Shown piece by piece: positions 13,401 to 26,507 of a DNA stretch of 64,000 bases. Location: assembly GCA_964016885.1 (NCBI GenBank), contig OZ024740.1, forward strand, positions 427,056,001 through 427,120,000, written 5' to 3'. The stretch is from Eledone cirrhosa. Lineage: Eukaryota. The notes under the pieces are model-generated. The model did no database searches. It was not told the DNA's origin and saw only the letters and a program-made list of their open reading frames with translations. Within the stretch, counting starts at the first letter, position 1. Each line of letters opens with the position of its first letter. The position numbers and the translations under genes were made by a program.

Positions 13401-16400
13401 TACACCGTCATAGAACCCTCTAATGTACCATACACCGTCATAGAACCCTCCAATATACCATACACCGTCATAGAACACTCCAATATACCATACACCGTCA
13501 TAGAACCCTCTAATGTACCATACACCATCATATAACCCTCTAATATACCATAAACCATCATAGAACCTTCTAATGTATCATACACCATCATAGAACCCTC
13601 TAATATACCATATACCGTCATAGAACCCTCCAATATACAATACACCGTCATAGAACCCTCCAATATACCATACACCGTCATAGTACCCTCTACTGTACCA
13701 TACACCATCATAGAACCCTCTAATGTACCATACACCATCATAGAACCCTCTAATGTACCATACACCGTCATATAACCCTCCAATATACCATACACCATCA
13801 TAGAACCCTCTACTGTACCATACACCGTCATAGAACCCTCTAATGTACCATACACCATCACAGAACCCTCTAATGTACCATAAACCATCATAGAACACTC
13901 TAATGTACCATACACCGTCATAGAACCCTCTAATATACCATACACCGTCATAGAACCCTCTAATGTACTATACACCGTGATAGAACCCTCTAATGTACCA
14001 TACACCGTCATAGAACCCTCTAATATACCATACACCGTCATAGAACCCTCTAATGTACCATACACCGTCATATAACCCTCCAATATACCATACACTATCA
14101 TAGAACCCTCTAATGTACCATACACCGTCATAGAACCCTCTAATATACCATACACCGTCATAGAACCCTCTAATATACCAATCACCATCGTAGAACCCTC
14201 TAATGTACCATACACCATCATAAAACCCTCTAATGTATCATACACCATCATAGAACCCTCTAATATATCATACAACGTCATAGAACCCTCTAATATACCA
14301 ATCACCATCATAGAACCCTCTAATGTACCATACACCATCATAGAACCCTCTAATCTACCATACACCATCATAGAAGCCTCTAATGTACCATACACAATCA
14401 TAGAACCCTCTAATATATCATACATCACCATAGAACCCTCCAATATATCATACACCATCATAGAACCCTCTAATATAGATATCACAATCATAGAACCCAC
14501 TAATATACCATACACCGTCATAGAACCCTCTAATATACCATACACCATCATAGAACACTCTAATATACCATACACCGTCATACAACCTTCTAATGTACCA
14601 TACACCATCATAGAACCCTCTAATATACCATACACCGCCATAGAAATCTCTAATGTACTATACACCATCATAGAACCCTCTAATGTACCATACACCGTCA
14701 TAGAACCCTCTAATATACCATACACCGTCATAGAACCCTCTAATATACCATACACCATTATAGAACCCTCTAATATACCAATCACCATCCTAGATCCCAC
14801 CAATATACCATAAACCGTCATAGAACCCTCTAATATACCATGCACCGTCATAGAACCCTCTAATATACCATACAACATCATAGAAGCCTCTAATGTACCA
14901 TACACCATCATAAAACCCTCCAATATCATACGCCATCATAGAACGCTCTAATATACTTTACACCGTCATAGAACCCTCTAATGTACGATACACCGTCATA
15001 GAACCCCCTAATGTACCATACACCGTCATAGAAGCCTCTAATGTACCATACACACTCATAGAACCCTCTAATGTACCATATACCGTCATAGAACCCTCTA
15101 ATGTACCATACACCATCATAGAACCCTCTAATGTTCCATACACCATCATAGAACCCTCTAATGCACCATACACCATCATAGAATCCAGCAATATACCATA
15201 CACCGCCATAGAACCCTCTAATACACGATACACAGCCATAGAACCCTCTACTGTGACATACATCATCCTAGAACCCTCTAATATACCAAACACCAATCAT
15301 AGAACCCCTCTAAGGTACCAATCACCGTCATAGAACCCTCTAATGTACCAATCACCAATCATAGAACCCTCTAATATACCATACACCGTCATAGAAACCT
15401 CTAATGTACTATACACCGTCATAGAACCCTGTAATGTGCCATACACCGTCATAGAACACTCTAATATACCATACACCGTCATAGAACCTTCTAATGTACC
15501 ATATACCATCATAGAACCCTCTAATGTACCATACACCGTCATAGAACCCTCTAAAGTAGCATACACCATCATATACCCCTCTAATGTACCATACACCGTC
15601 ATAGAACCTTCTAATGTACCATACACCGTCTTAGAACACTCCAATATACCATATACCATCATAGACCCCTCTAATGTACCATACACCATCATATACCACT
15701 CTAATGTACCATACACCGTCATAGAACCTTCTAATGTACCATACACCGTCTTAGAACACTCCAATATACCATATACCATCATAGACCCCTCTAAGGTACC
15801 AATCACCGTCATAGAACCCTCTAATGTACCAATCACCAATCATAGAACCCTCTAATATACCATACACCGTCATAGAAACCTCTAATGTACTATACACCGT
15901 CATAGTACCCTCTAATGTACCATACACCGTCATAGAACCCTCTAATGTACCATACACCATCATAGACCCCTCTAATATACCATACACCATCATGGACCCT
16001 TCTAATATACCATACACCATCATAGAATCCTCTAATATACCATACACCATCATATACCACTCTAATGTACCATACACCGTCATAGAACCTTCTAATGTAC
16101 CATACACCGTCTTAGAACACTCCAATATACCATATACCATCATAGACCCCTCTAATGTACCATACACCGTCATAGTACCCTCTAATCTACCATACACCGT
16201 CATAGAACCCTCTAATGTACCATACACCATCATAGACCCCTCTAATATACCATACACCATCATGGACCCTTCTAATATACCATACACCATCATAGAATCC
16301 TCTAATATACCATACACCATCATAGAACCCTCTAATATACCATACACCGTCATAGAACCTTCTAATGTACCATACACCAGCATAGAACCCTCTAATATAC

Positions 16401-17409
16401 CATACACCATCATAGAACCCTCTAATGTACCATAAACCATCATAGAACCCTCTAATGTACCATACACCATCATAGAACCCTCTAATGTACCATATACCGT
16501 CATAGAACCTTCTAATATACAAATCACCATCATAGAACCCTCTAATGTACCATACACCATCACAGAACCCTCTAATGTACCATATACCCTCATAGAACCC
16601 TCCAATATACCATACACCATCATAGAACCCTCTAATATACCAATTACTATCATAGAACCCTCTAATGTACCATACACCATCATAGAACCCTCTAATATAC
16701 CATACACCGTCATAGAACCTTCTAATGTACCATACACCATCATAGAACCCTCTAATATACCATACACCGTCATAGAACCCTCTAATGTACCATACACCGT
16801 CATAGAACCCTCTAATGTACCACACACCGTCATAGAACCCTCTAATATACCATACACCATCATAGAACCCTCTAATGTACCATAAACCATCATAGAACCC
16901 TCTAATGTACCATACACCATCATAGAACCCTCTAATGTACCATATACCGTCATAGAACCCTCTAATATACCAATCACCATCATAGAACCCTCTAATATAC
17001 CATACACCATCATAGAACCCTCTAATGTACCATATACCCTCATAGAACCCTCCAATATACCATACACCATCATAGAACCCTCTAATATACCAATTACCAT
17101 CATAGAACCCTCTAATGTACCATACACCATCATAGAACCCTCTAATATATCATACACCACCATAGAACCCTCCAATATATCATACACCATCATAGAACTC
17201 ACTAATGTACCATACACCGTCATATAACCCTCCAATATACCATACACCATCATAGAACCCTCTAATGTACCATACACCGTCATAGAACCCTCTAATGTAC
17301 CATACACCATCATAGAACCCTCTAATGTACCATAAACCATCATAGAACCCTCTAATGTACCATACGCCGTCATAGAACCCTCTAATGTACCATATACCGT
17401 CATATAACA
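10495..17409. repeat. 30-bp satellite, about 230 units (atagaaccctctaatgtaccatacaccgtc), with higher-order duplication
   Basis: Strict 30-bp phasing with a few indels. Rare variant units recur about 2 kb apart. Confidence 0.98.
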
Positions 17410-17590
17410 TTTCGCAGGAGATAGATTAGCATAGATTATGATCAAACATATATAGTGAGGAGTATTTTTTAATCCTGTAACATCTCCAACATCAACCCTC
17501 TTTAAGATGCAAGCTTGCTGAGACTACCAGATAGTTATTGATGACACGAACGTGCTCTGGATTGCATGAGTATGCATAAAGACCCGCCAC

Positions 17591-17673
<83 letters not shown>

Positions 17674-17699
17674 TCTAAAGTTTATCTTAAGTCAGAATG

Positions 17700-17814
17700 C
17701 TCATTTCGCGAGTGCTTATCCCGGTTTCATGGCGTGAAGCGACTGATTGAGAAACTCAGACTACCCTCTGGACAGGACGCCAGTTCATAGCAGGGTTAAA
17801 CCTCCAGCTATTAC

Positions 17815-17815
<1 letters not shown>
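17700..17815 (-). mobile_element. SINE family 2 tail fragment
   Basis: gcttatcccggtttcatggcgtgaagcgactgattgag is the reverse complement of the tail at 7455-7495. Confidence 0.6.
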
Positions 17816-17870
<55 letters not shown>

Positions 17871-17972
17871 ATATATTAAATATTTATACTTTACTATGTA
17901 TTTAGTACCTTACTTACTGTGGTTACCCCCGAAAGAACCCGGGATAAACATATCTATCTATCTCTCTATCTA

Positions 17973-18021
<49 letters not shown>

Positions 18022-18166
18022 ATGCTTTGGGAGGGTCATGTTGCCAATAAGAAACACACTCACCAATTTCTTTCACTACAATTTATTATAATAAATTTAT
18101 AAATTTAGGAATTTATAAATTTCCGGTTGGTTGGTTGGTTGCACAACCAGATGATTGTTTATATAT

Positions 18167-18211
18167 TGTCAAAGTTCTTTCGTCACACATTCTCTGACCT
18201 CTTCAGTGACT
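18167..18211 (-). ncRNA. Hammerhead-like motif B1
   Basis: Minus strand: gtca-CTGAAGA-g-gtca..tgac-GAAA-gaac-TT-tgac. Confidence 0.55.
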
Positions 18212-18674
18212 GGGGATTCTTTTCTTTGTTTTTGTGCCTCCCTTTGTTCTGTCCTACGCCATATTGTTTTTGTGTTTGTGTTGTGTGCTTAGTTTGCGCA
18301 TGTGTTACATCCGGGTGTGTGTGTGTGTGTGTGTTTATATTCGTTTATTTATTTGTTTATTTACATGTTACTTGTTGGTTGTTTGTTCTATGTGCGTGTG
18401 TGTTTTCATTTTGTCCTTAATTGAAAGTTGTGATGTTGCATGAATGGAATAGCAACATCACAACTTACAATTAAGGAAAACATGAAAACACACACGCCCA
18501 TAGAACAAACAAACAACCAGTAACATGTAAATAAACTAATAAATAAACAAATATAAACACACACAGACACCCGGATGTAACACATGCGCAAACTAAGCAC
18601 ACAACACACACACAAAAACAAGATGGCGTAGGACAGAACAAAGGAGAGGCACAAAAACAAAGAAAAGAATCCCC

Positions 18675-18719
18675 AGTCACTGAAGAGGTCACAGAATGTG
18701 TAACGAAAGAACTTTGACA
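18675..18719 (+). ncRNA. Hammerhead-like motif B2
   Basis: agtca-CTGAAGA-g-gtcaca-gaatg-tgtaac-GAAA-gaac-TT-tgac. Confidence 0.55.
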
Positions 18720-18931
18720 ATATATAAACAATCATCTGGTTGTGGAACCAACCAACCAACCGGAAATTTATAAATTCCTAAATTTATAAATATATTATAA
18801 TAAATTGAAGTGAAAGCAACTGGTGAGTGTGTTTCTTATTGGCAACATGACCCTCCCAAAGCATAACAATATCGGTTTCAACACACGTTTTCAGATAAAG
18901 AATCTTGCTAAACAAATTCAGAAATGAAATA

Positions 18932-19029
<98 letters not shown>

Positions 19030-19685
19030 CTTAATTCCAGCCTCCAACGGAGTAAAGTTTGGTATTCAATACATGGCGGTGTACAGAACAAAAGTTCAGT
19101 AAACTGTTATAAACATGAAGACAGATATAGAAGAATGATCCCGGTACTAAGACACACTCACCGAATGGTCTGAATCAGAATATTATCCGTAATATGCTAT
19201 CTTCTCTCAAATTGTCTCCAATGTGGTAGGTAGTGTACTTTCACACCACCCTATGCACCTTTATTTTTATCTACCTTTCTGTCTAATCAATTTATGACCA
19301 GTAACAAATTTCATTTTTTTTATTATCTATCAACATTTATCACTTGCCATGGTATATAACAGCTTCATTTCAATTGTTTGCAATACGTTTCACTGAAGAT
19401 ACCATCAAATGTGGAAAAATCCTCCTGCAAAACACAAAGGGATTTAATACGGAATTTGAAATGAAATTAAATATTGAGAATTAATTACAGAAAATGAAAT
19501 AAGATGTTTTTTAAATTAATTTACAAACATGACAGAAAGTGTTTCTCCCAAGGCAAACTTAAAACAAACAAAAAACTGCATTAAATGTACCAATATTGAG
19601 ATGTGCGTATGTGTCCTTGTTTCTGTGTGAAGGGCGTTTGAGTCTGTGTGTGAGTGTATATGTGTCTGCGCGTGGGTCATCGCGC

Positions 19686-19752
<67 letters not shown>

Positions 19753-19805
19753 TATTGGGGTTCATGTTTATTTGTGTCTCCCCATGTATACATATTTTGC
19801 GTGCG

Positions 19806-19891
19806 TGTGGCTGTTTGAAACATTTACATGTACGAAGCCATATCAAGCAAAATACAAAACACCATAAATATATCTACTAAATATTATATAT

Positions 19892-19943
<52 letters not shown>

Positions 19944-19992
19944 GTATGCATACATATATGTTTATATATATACATATAATTATCTATATATA

Positions 19993-20044
<52 letters not shown>

Positions 20045-20095
20045 TATATATAGATAATTATATGTATATATATATATATAAACATATATGTATGC

Positions 20096-20138
<43 letters not shown>

Positions 20139-20211
20139 CTTTAGTAGATATATTTATGGTGTTTTGTATTTTGCTTGATATGGCTTCGTACATGTAAATG
20201 TTTCAAACAGC

Positions 20212-20215
<4 letters not shown>
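19806..20215. repeat. Fold-back duplication of about 410 bp centred on (TA)n
   Basis: tgtggctgtttgaaacatttacatgtacgaagcc.. is mirrored as ..ggcttcgtacatgtaaatgtttcaaacagccaca. The internal microsatellite blocks are mirrored too. Confidence 0.9.
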
Positions 20216-20260
<45 letters not shown>

Positions 20261-20673
20261 TCCCCTACGTTCGTCTCTTCTTAGTAACAAAGATCTATCG
20301 TGGGTCACTGTGTCAAACTATAAACATGTCAAATAATACACAGAAACCGTGATTGATGTTCCTCATTATTCTATCAGCAATGTAGTTTTACATCTTGCTG
20401 CTCATTTATTGCTGAGAAGAGGTGAGCTCTTTTTATATATTCATTTATTTAATTTTTACCATCACCATTGTCACTAACATTATTATTATTATGGCTAACA
20501 TTACTATTATTATGGTTATTATTATTATAACATAGATGGCGGAGTTAGATGAGGTTTATCTTTTAAACATAAAATTGTTGCTGAACAGCTACACAATGAA
20601 GGACTGAATGACTGAGATGAATTAAGATTATTTCCGTGTTCCTGAAACACACACAGACAGAAGGATAGACAGT

Positions 20674-20713
<40 letters not shown>

Positions 20714-20749
20714 TATATATATATAGAGAGAGAGATAGATAGATAGGTA

Positions 20750-21010
20750 TCCAGGGAGTGTTACTTGCAGTTACTGGAGGTTCACCCCGGTGAGCACTCG
20801 ATGTTTAGGTTCACTTCAGTGTCGAGGTGTAGAGCTCGACAGAGTGTATTATAGTGAAATAAAATAACAAGGACGATTGGTTACTCCTTCATTCTGTTTA
20901 TTGGATGGTGACGCGCGTTTCGCCACTGATCAGCTCAAGGTTCGATCTGTATTGATCTGACCCGACTCTGTAATCCGCGGCTCGTCAGACCCCTTGTGAC
21001 ACTTGCACTA
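20750..21010 (-). mobile_element. pLTR-like family D fragment
   Basis: Homologous to 29771-29940. Contains a hammerhead followed by AATAAA on the minus strand. Confidence 0.7.
20903..20993 (-). ncRNA. Hammerhead ribozyme motif D1 (canonical core, 50-nt loop II)
   Basis: Minus strand: ggggt-CTGACGA-gccgc-[50 nt]-gtggc-GAAA-cgcgcg-TC-acc. GUC cleavage triplet and palindromic GCGC loop III. Confidence 0.8.
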
Positions 21011-21072
21011 CGGAGGAGAGCTTTCTAGGTGTAAATCCCATGGTCATTCGAAAGAGGTCTTAACTCATACTT

Positions 21073-21129
<57 letters not shown>

Positions 21130-21133
<4 letters not shown>

Positions 21134-21285
21134 TGCGAGCCGTTGCTCGCACCAACCAGAGGTATATGGTCTTTAAAGCGATGAAATACGAATGAAGGCT
21201 GGAAGATCACTGATGAAGGACTAAATTTATTCATATGTAACCCATTTGCAACCACGCAGCACGCCATGTTTTCATATTTTTCATA
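21130..21285. repeat. (TA)n-flanked dispersed repeat, family E
   Basis: Reverse-complement homology to 25298-25430. Starts with an 11-bp hairpin ttggtgcgagc-cgtt-gctcgcaccaa. Confidence 0.65.
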
Positions 21286-21299
21286 TATATATATATAGG

Positions 21300-21372
<73 letters not shown>

Positions 21373-21718
21373 ATCGCAGGGTTAAACTCCCACCTATTAC
21401 TGGTTCCCATTTTCAGCTAAATATATTTGAGCAAAGTGAAGTGCAGTGCTTTACTCCAGAATACAGCACACACCATGAATCGAACCTACGAGATTATGAT
21501 CACAAATCCAACACCCTTACCACTTCTTCAGAGGTAATATCAGTGATAGATTGATCTCTGCAGTACTCTCTGGTGGATTCCCATCAATTCTGTTAATCTT
21601 GTATAAATCACTACAGACAGATTTCCAATGATTTCTTGAATGCGGTAATTCCTTGGAATGTTAAAATACATACCCTATTCCTAAAGGAGGAGGCAGAGGA
21701 TATGTTAACACGTACGAT

Positions 21719-21784
<66 letters not shown>

Positions 21785-21790
21785 TCTCTC

Positions 21791-21840
<50 letters not shown>

Positions 21841-21888
21841 ATATCACCTGTAGAAGAACATTATATTCTTAAACATTATATTCTTAAA

Positions 21889-22075
21889 GGCGGTTGATTG
21901 GCAGTATCGGTAGAGGGTCGGACGCCATTCTTTCCAGCATAGTTACGTCCTTTTACGATCTGAGTTCAAATCCCGCCGACGTTGACTTTGCCTTTCATCC
22001 TTACGGGGTCGATAAAATAAAGTACCAGTAATGCACTGGGTAATTGCTGGCCTTGTGCCTAAAGTAGAAACAATT
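21889..22075 (+). mobile_element. SINE family 1, near full length
   Basis: ggcggttgattggcagtatcggtagag (A-box-like), gagttcaaatcc (B-box), central domain, ggccttgtgcc tail. Confidence 0.85.
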
Positions 22076-23186
22076 ATATTCTTAAACCCAGTATGGCTTT
22101 CGTCTTCTACTTCCTGACTGTATATAGAACTTCTAAATCAACATATTCTGCAAGGAAGATCGACCTGACTACCCTATCTACTAAAATAACAGTCAAATCA
22201 CTTTCTATTCACACACGAGTGTTTTGAGAAATGAAGTATATATCAGATAATGGGGTTCCATATACATTATATATATGATTTAAATCGATAATTTCCCAGA
22301 CCTCAATCGTTGAGGTGGAACTAGTCAGATCAAACGTAGGAAACAATTTTTCCATTGGTCTTTCCACTTGCTAATATTATCTGTTGGTCGCAACTCCTGT
22401 CAGAATATACACTATAGGCTGGACAATGTAGGCCTGATATAGGGAAAGATGGAGTGTCAATAATTGGAATACATTTTATCATAGATATTCTTTTTCAGGG
22501 CTGAGCTGAGATTCAACAATAGCACTACGACACAACGAGAAGAACTCTACGGGGCCAGTCAACATTTAGGATAAAGTGACCAATTTTCCTTCAATAAACG
22601 CTCTACCATTAATTGAATAAAAGTTGCATAATTATTGTTTAGAAATAGATTAATTTCGAGTCACTATCTGTATGGAATAAACCCCAAGTATTTCTCATTA
22701 GTTTAAAATATATTAGATATAGAATCGATAAACAAAACCTTAAACCTCATTCGTTTACCGAGTGGGATGGAGCTCGTTAGATTGGTCTTTCCATTGCTGA
22801 TATTATCTACCGGTCGGAAGTCCGTTTTAGATATAATGTTAATATATAGCACTAATGTATATAGATTAATACTTTAGCACTAATTTACTTAGATTAATAC
22901 GTCAACATTAATTTACATACGTTATCACTAATCTTCATAGATATATGTTACGACTAATTTCTATAGATGTAACATTTTAGGATTAGTTTCCCCAAGATAT
23001 TACATGTTAGCTCTAAGTTGTACAATGTAGTAACACTATTTCTAACTGATATAATATGCTAAAACTAATTTACATTAAGATGTTAAGAATGATTTACATA
23101 AATATAATCACAAGAGCTTAATTTACGAACAGATATGTTAACACGAAATTACATATTACATATATGTAAACAGTAATTTATATAGA

Positions 23187-23385
23187 AGTGGAGGCTCGTG
23201 GACTAGTGGTAAGTATCTTGGACTGACTATTATAAAATCGTGGGTTCGATTCCTCGACTGAGTTGTGTGGAGTACCAGCAATAGCTGGGGGACTTAACCC
23301 TGCGATGAACTGGAATCTTAACCAGGGGCAGTTTTGTACTCTCAATCGCTTCACGCTTCGGAAACCGGGATAAACACCGGCCCGA
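23187..23385 (+). mobile_element. SINE family 2 copy
   Basis: gtggaggctcgtggactagtggtaag A-box, ggttcgattcc B-box, tail shared with 7246-7510. Confidence 0.75.
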
Positions 23386-25060
23386 CAATATGAAAGAAAA
23401 TTGGAACCATGATAGATCGATACTATTGATGAGACTACCAGTATGACCAATACGTTCAATCATGTCTAAATTTAGACAAGGTGTAAATCAAACAACATTC
23501 GTATTGCTTTAGTTGTTGTTTTTGTTGAGGATTAACACTTAAATGATATTCAAATATAGAGACAAATACAGGGGAAGAGAATAGAAGATAGATAGGTAGA
23601 GAGCGAGACAGAGACATGGAGATAGAGAGAGAGAGAGGGGGAGATGGGTAGAGAGAGATCGGGGGAGGGAGAGTGAGAGAGATAACACAGGACTTGAAAA
23701 TATCCTGCGTAATGTGCAATCGTTGTGAATACTTGGACTCTTTGGTAATGATTGAATAAGAATTCTGGTGGCTTTTTAAGGAGCCGTTTTTTTTCTGTAA
23801 TTGAAGGAGGTATTTGAACAGAAACAGACAAAGCAGGTGACATAGGGCAACTTGGCCGACATTCTAAGAATTTTGCAAATATTCTGACCGCAAGGTTGAA
23901 AACATTGTTGACAAATTTTAAAATCAGATCAGATAGGACAGGATATTTACCGCCAAGTGTATCGAGCAAATTATGTCTCAGAGTGCTAACAAAGTGGATA
24001 TTCGTAATGTTTTGGCTCTTGTGGAATGTCCACGTTTCACATCCAAACATCATGTCAGTCAATCATATTGGTAACCCCCCCCCCCCCCACCACCACCACC
24101 ACCACCACCACCACCACCACACACACAGCCCCGGCGGACAGAATAGAGAAGGACAGCAAGGGAGACTCGCTGGAAAAGCCATTCCAACTCGCGGGGATCA
24201 CACCTGCGGTTGGCCAGTTCAGCTCCTATGATGGTGAGTAGGGAGGTAGCCCTAGGGCCGAGGACACCAGAAGTCTCCACTGCCAAGGATACAACCGCAA
24301 ACCTGTCGGAGAGCGACCGGTATTTGAAAAGTTTGGCCTCCTTGTATGTGACGCTCTACTGGCTCTGATAATTTGCGACCTGAACACGTCCCTCATCACC
24401 AAGAGATTTTTTTATGAAGGCCTACAATGCCCCAAATGTCCTTCCTTGATTATGATAGTAGAAGTTTGAGGTAAGAGTTATTTGAAGACTATTTCTAGCA
24501 GAACTGGGAACTACATCGAAGCATCTTCTTAATTTTGTTCTTAGATAACCGCTTCACTATAATCAAATAACGTGTTATGATGTGGATTATCTGACCCTCC
24601 CTAGTCCACAGGGACATAGGGGTATCCAAGCACACATCATATAATATACATACTCATATGTTGTTTAAGATGGTAGTTTATAATATGATAGAAGAGTTTA
24701 ATTTTGCTGCTATTTCTAGCAGGTCTATATGAGCAAAGCTCACTGCAATATTAGTGGCTTCAATGCTGCTATTACTAGTGCTACTAGTATTGTTCTTGCA
24801 TGAAAATATTATCTACTATAGTGTGTCTAGAAGTGTCCTTTTATTGAAATCAATACATGAAATCTATAGGGTGTCAACAGCAACTGTCTCTTCTTACACC
24901 ACCTTCCTGCTAAACTTTAATGACATTTCACAGTTTTAGATAACATCAGTGGCAAACATATACAAATAAATACATGTATGAGTCTATATATATGTACCTA
25001 AGCATGTATGTATAAACATCTCCGTCTGTCTACCTCTATCTCTCTCTCTCTCTCTCTCTC

Positions 25061-25108
<48 letters not shown>

Positions 25109-25191
25109 GGAGGTGAGTTTTATTGTAGTACAATAAAGCAATGCAGATATCGGATAAGAAGCACTCTACAGTTTGTAGGACTGGAGTATAC

Positions 25192-25257
25192 ATAATATAT
25201 AAGAGCAAAAGATGGTTAAAAGAGTTCCATGGAACTCTTTTAACCATCTTTTGTTCT

Positions 25258-25267
<10 letters not shown>
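25192..25267. repeat. Near-perfect palindrome made of the 3' tip of a hammerhead-bearing element
   Basis: caaaagatggttaaaagagttccatggaactcttttaaccatcttttg. The arm matches 38431-38456. Confidence 0.85.
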
Positions 25268-25297
<30 letters not shown>

Positions 25298-25303
<6 letters not shown>

Positions 25304-25499
25304 AACATGAGAAGAAAGAAGAATACTGCGTGGTTGCACATGGGTTACACTTCGTCAGTGATTTTCCAGCCATCATTGGTATTTCAGCGCATTAAAAATC
25401 ATATACCTCAGGTTGGTGCGAGCAATAACTAAAAATAACTAAAAATAACCCAAGCGAGGGGGACAAGTGAACAACATAGAAGGATAAAAGCAAACCAAA

Positions 25500-25503
<4 letters not shown>
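25298..25503. repeat. (TA)n-flanked dispersed repeat, family E, second copy
   Basis: Reverse complement of 21140-21265. Confidence 0.65.
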
Positions 25504-25567
<64 letters not shown>

Positions 25568-25892
25568 ATATATATAATCGCAGGCATACAAAGATAGATT
25601 TTTTTTTTTTTTTAATTGAGTTTGAATTATTTTCCCACAACTTACGTTAACTATTTTTCCATTTTGACGTTATAGTCACTTATATATTGGTCACAATAAT
25701 TTCTATACTTTCATTTATATATGCAAACATATATAGATACAAACGTACATACATTCATATACACACACTTTCATACACACACTCGCATCCATCCATCCAT
25801 CCATCCATACATACATACATACATACATACATACATACATACATACATACATACATACATACATACATACATGCATACATATATACATAAAT

Positions 25893-26300
25893 GGTGGCTG
25901 CCGACTCGTTTTGAGTACGGCCACTACTTTATATCCATCTAGGAGAGCCCCTACCGATGTGCTGAACGAGTGTGGCTTTTTAGTCCAGCCAGCGACTTGA
26001 AAACTCTGGTACAAACACTACACTTGTGACAATTACTGACACATAGTGCTGGGCCCATGGTACCATGTGATGACAAGTGCAGAGAGATCTCCAGATATAA
26101 AGCAATGCCTGTGCCGTGAAGCTTTTATAGTGAGCAAAGGCACTGCACAAAGCCAGTCCCACTCTCTTAACCAAGATGATATTTACCAAAAAGAAGAACA
26201 AGTCAACATCATTGGATACCATCAGGGTTGCAGGTGTTATATCAGAGTTTTCCTTCTCCTAGAATTCTGCCTTGACAAAGGCTAAGGGGTCATCTCTCCC
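25893..26300. mobile_element. Dispersed repeat family F (probable non-autonomous retroelement)
   Basis: Highly similar to 57947-58327. Both copies start at ggtggct immediately after a microsatellite. Confidence 0.7.
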
Positions 26301-26476
26301 TATATACATACATCTCTCTCTATATACATACATGCATACATACATACATACATACATACATACATACATACATACATACATAGATACATACATACATACA
26401 TACACACACACATACATACATACATACGTACATACATACATACATACATACATACATACATACATACATACATACA

Positions 26477-26506
<30 letters not shown>

Positions 26507-26507
<1 letters not shown>

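Larger units (their letters stand above)
18016..18930. mobile_element. Head-to-head inverted pair, pLTR-like family B
   Basis: Arms of about 430 bp (18016-18440 and 18451-18872). The right arm has a further tail of about 60 bp. Flanked by (TA)n and (TATC)n. Confidence 0.85.

Noticed and set aside
10429-17445. Long GFYDGVWYIR / MMVYGTLEGS repeat proteins
   Set aside because: Satellite translations open in several frames and on both strands, broken by indels and stops, with no unique flanking domains.
24120-24400. GC-rich segment with a gtgagt donor as a coding exon
   Set aside because: No polypyrimidine acceptor and no recognisable protein. More likely a transposon remnant.
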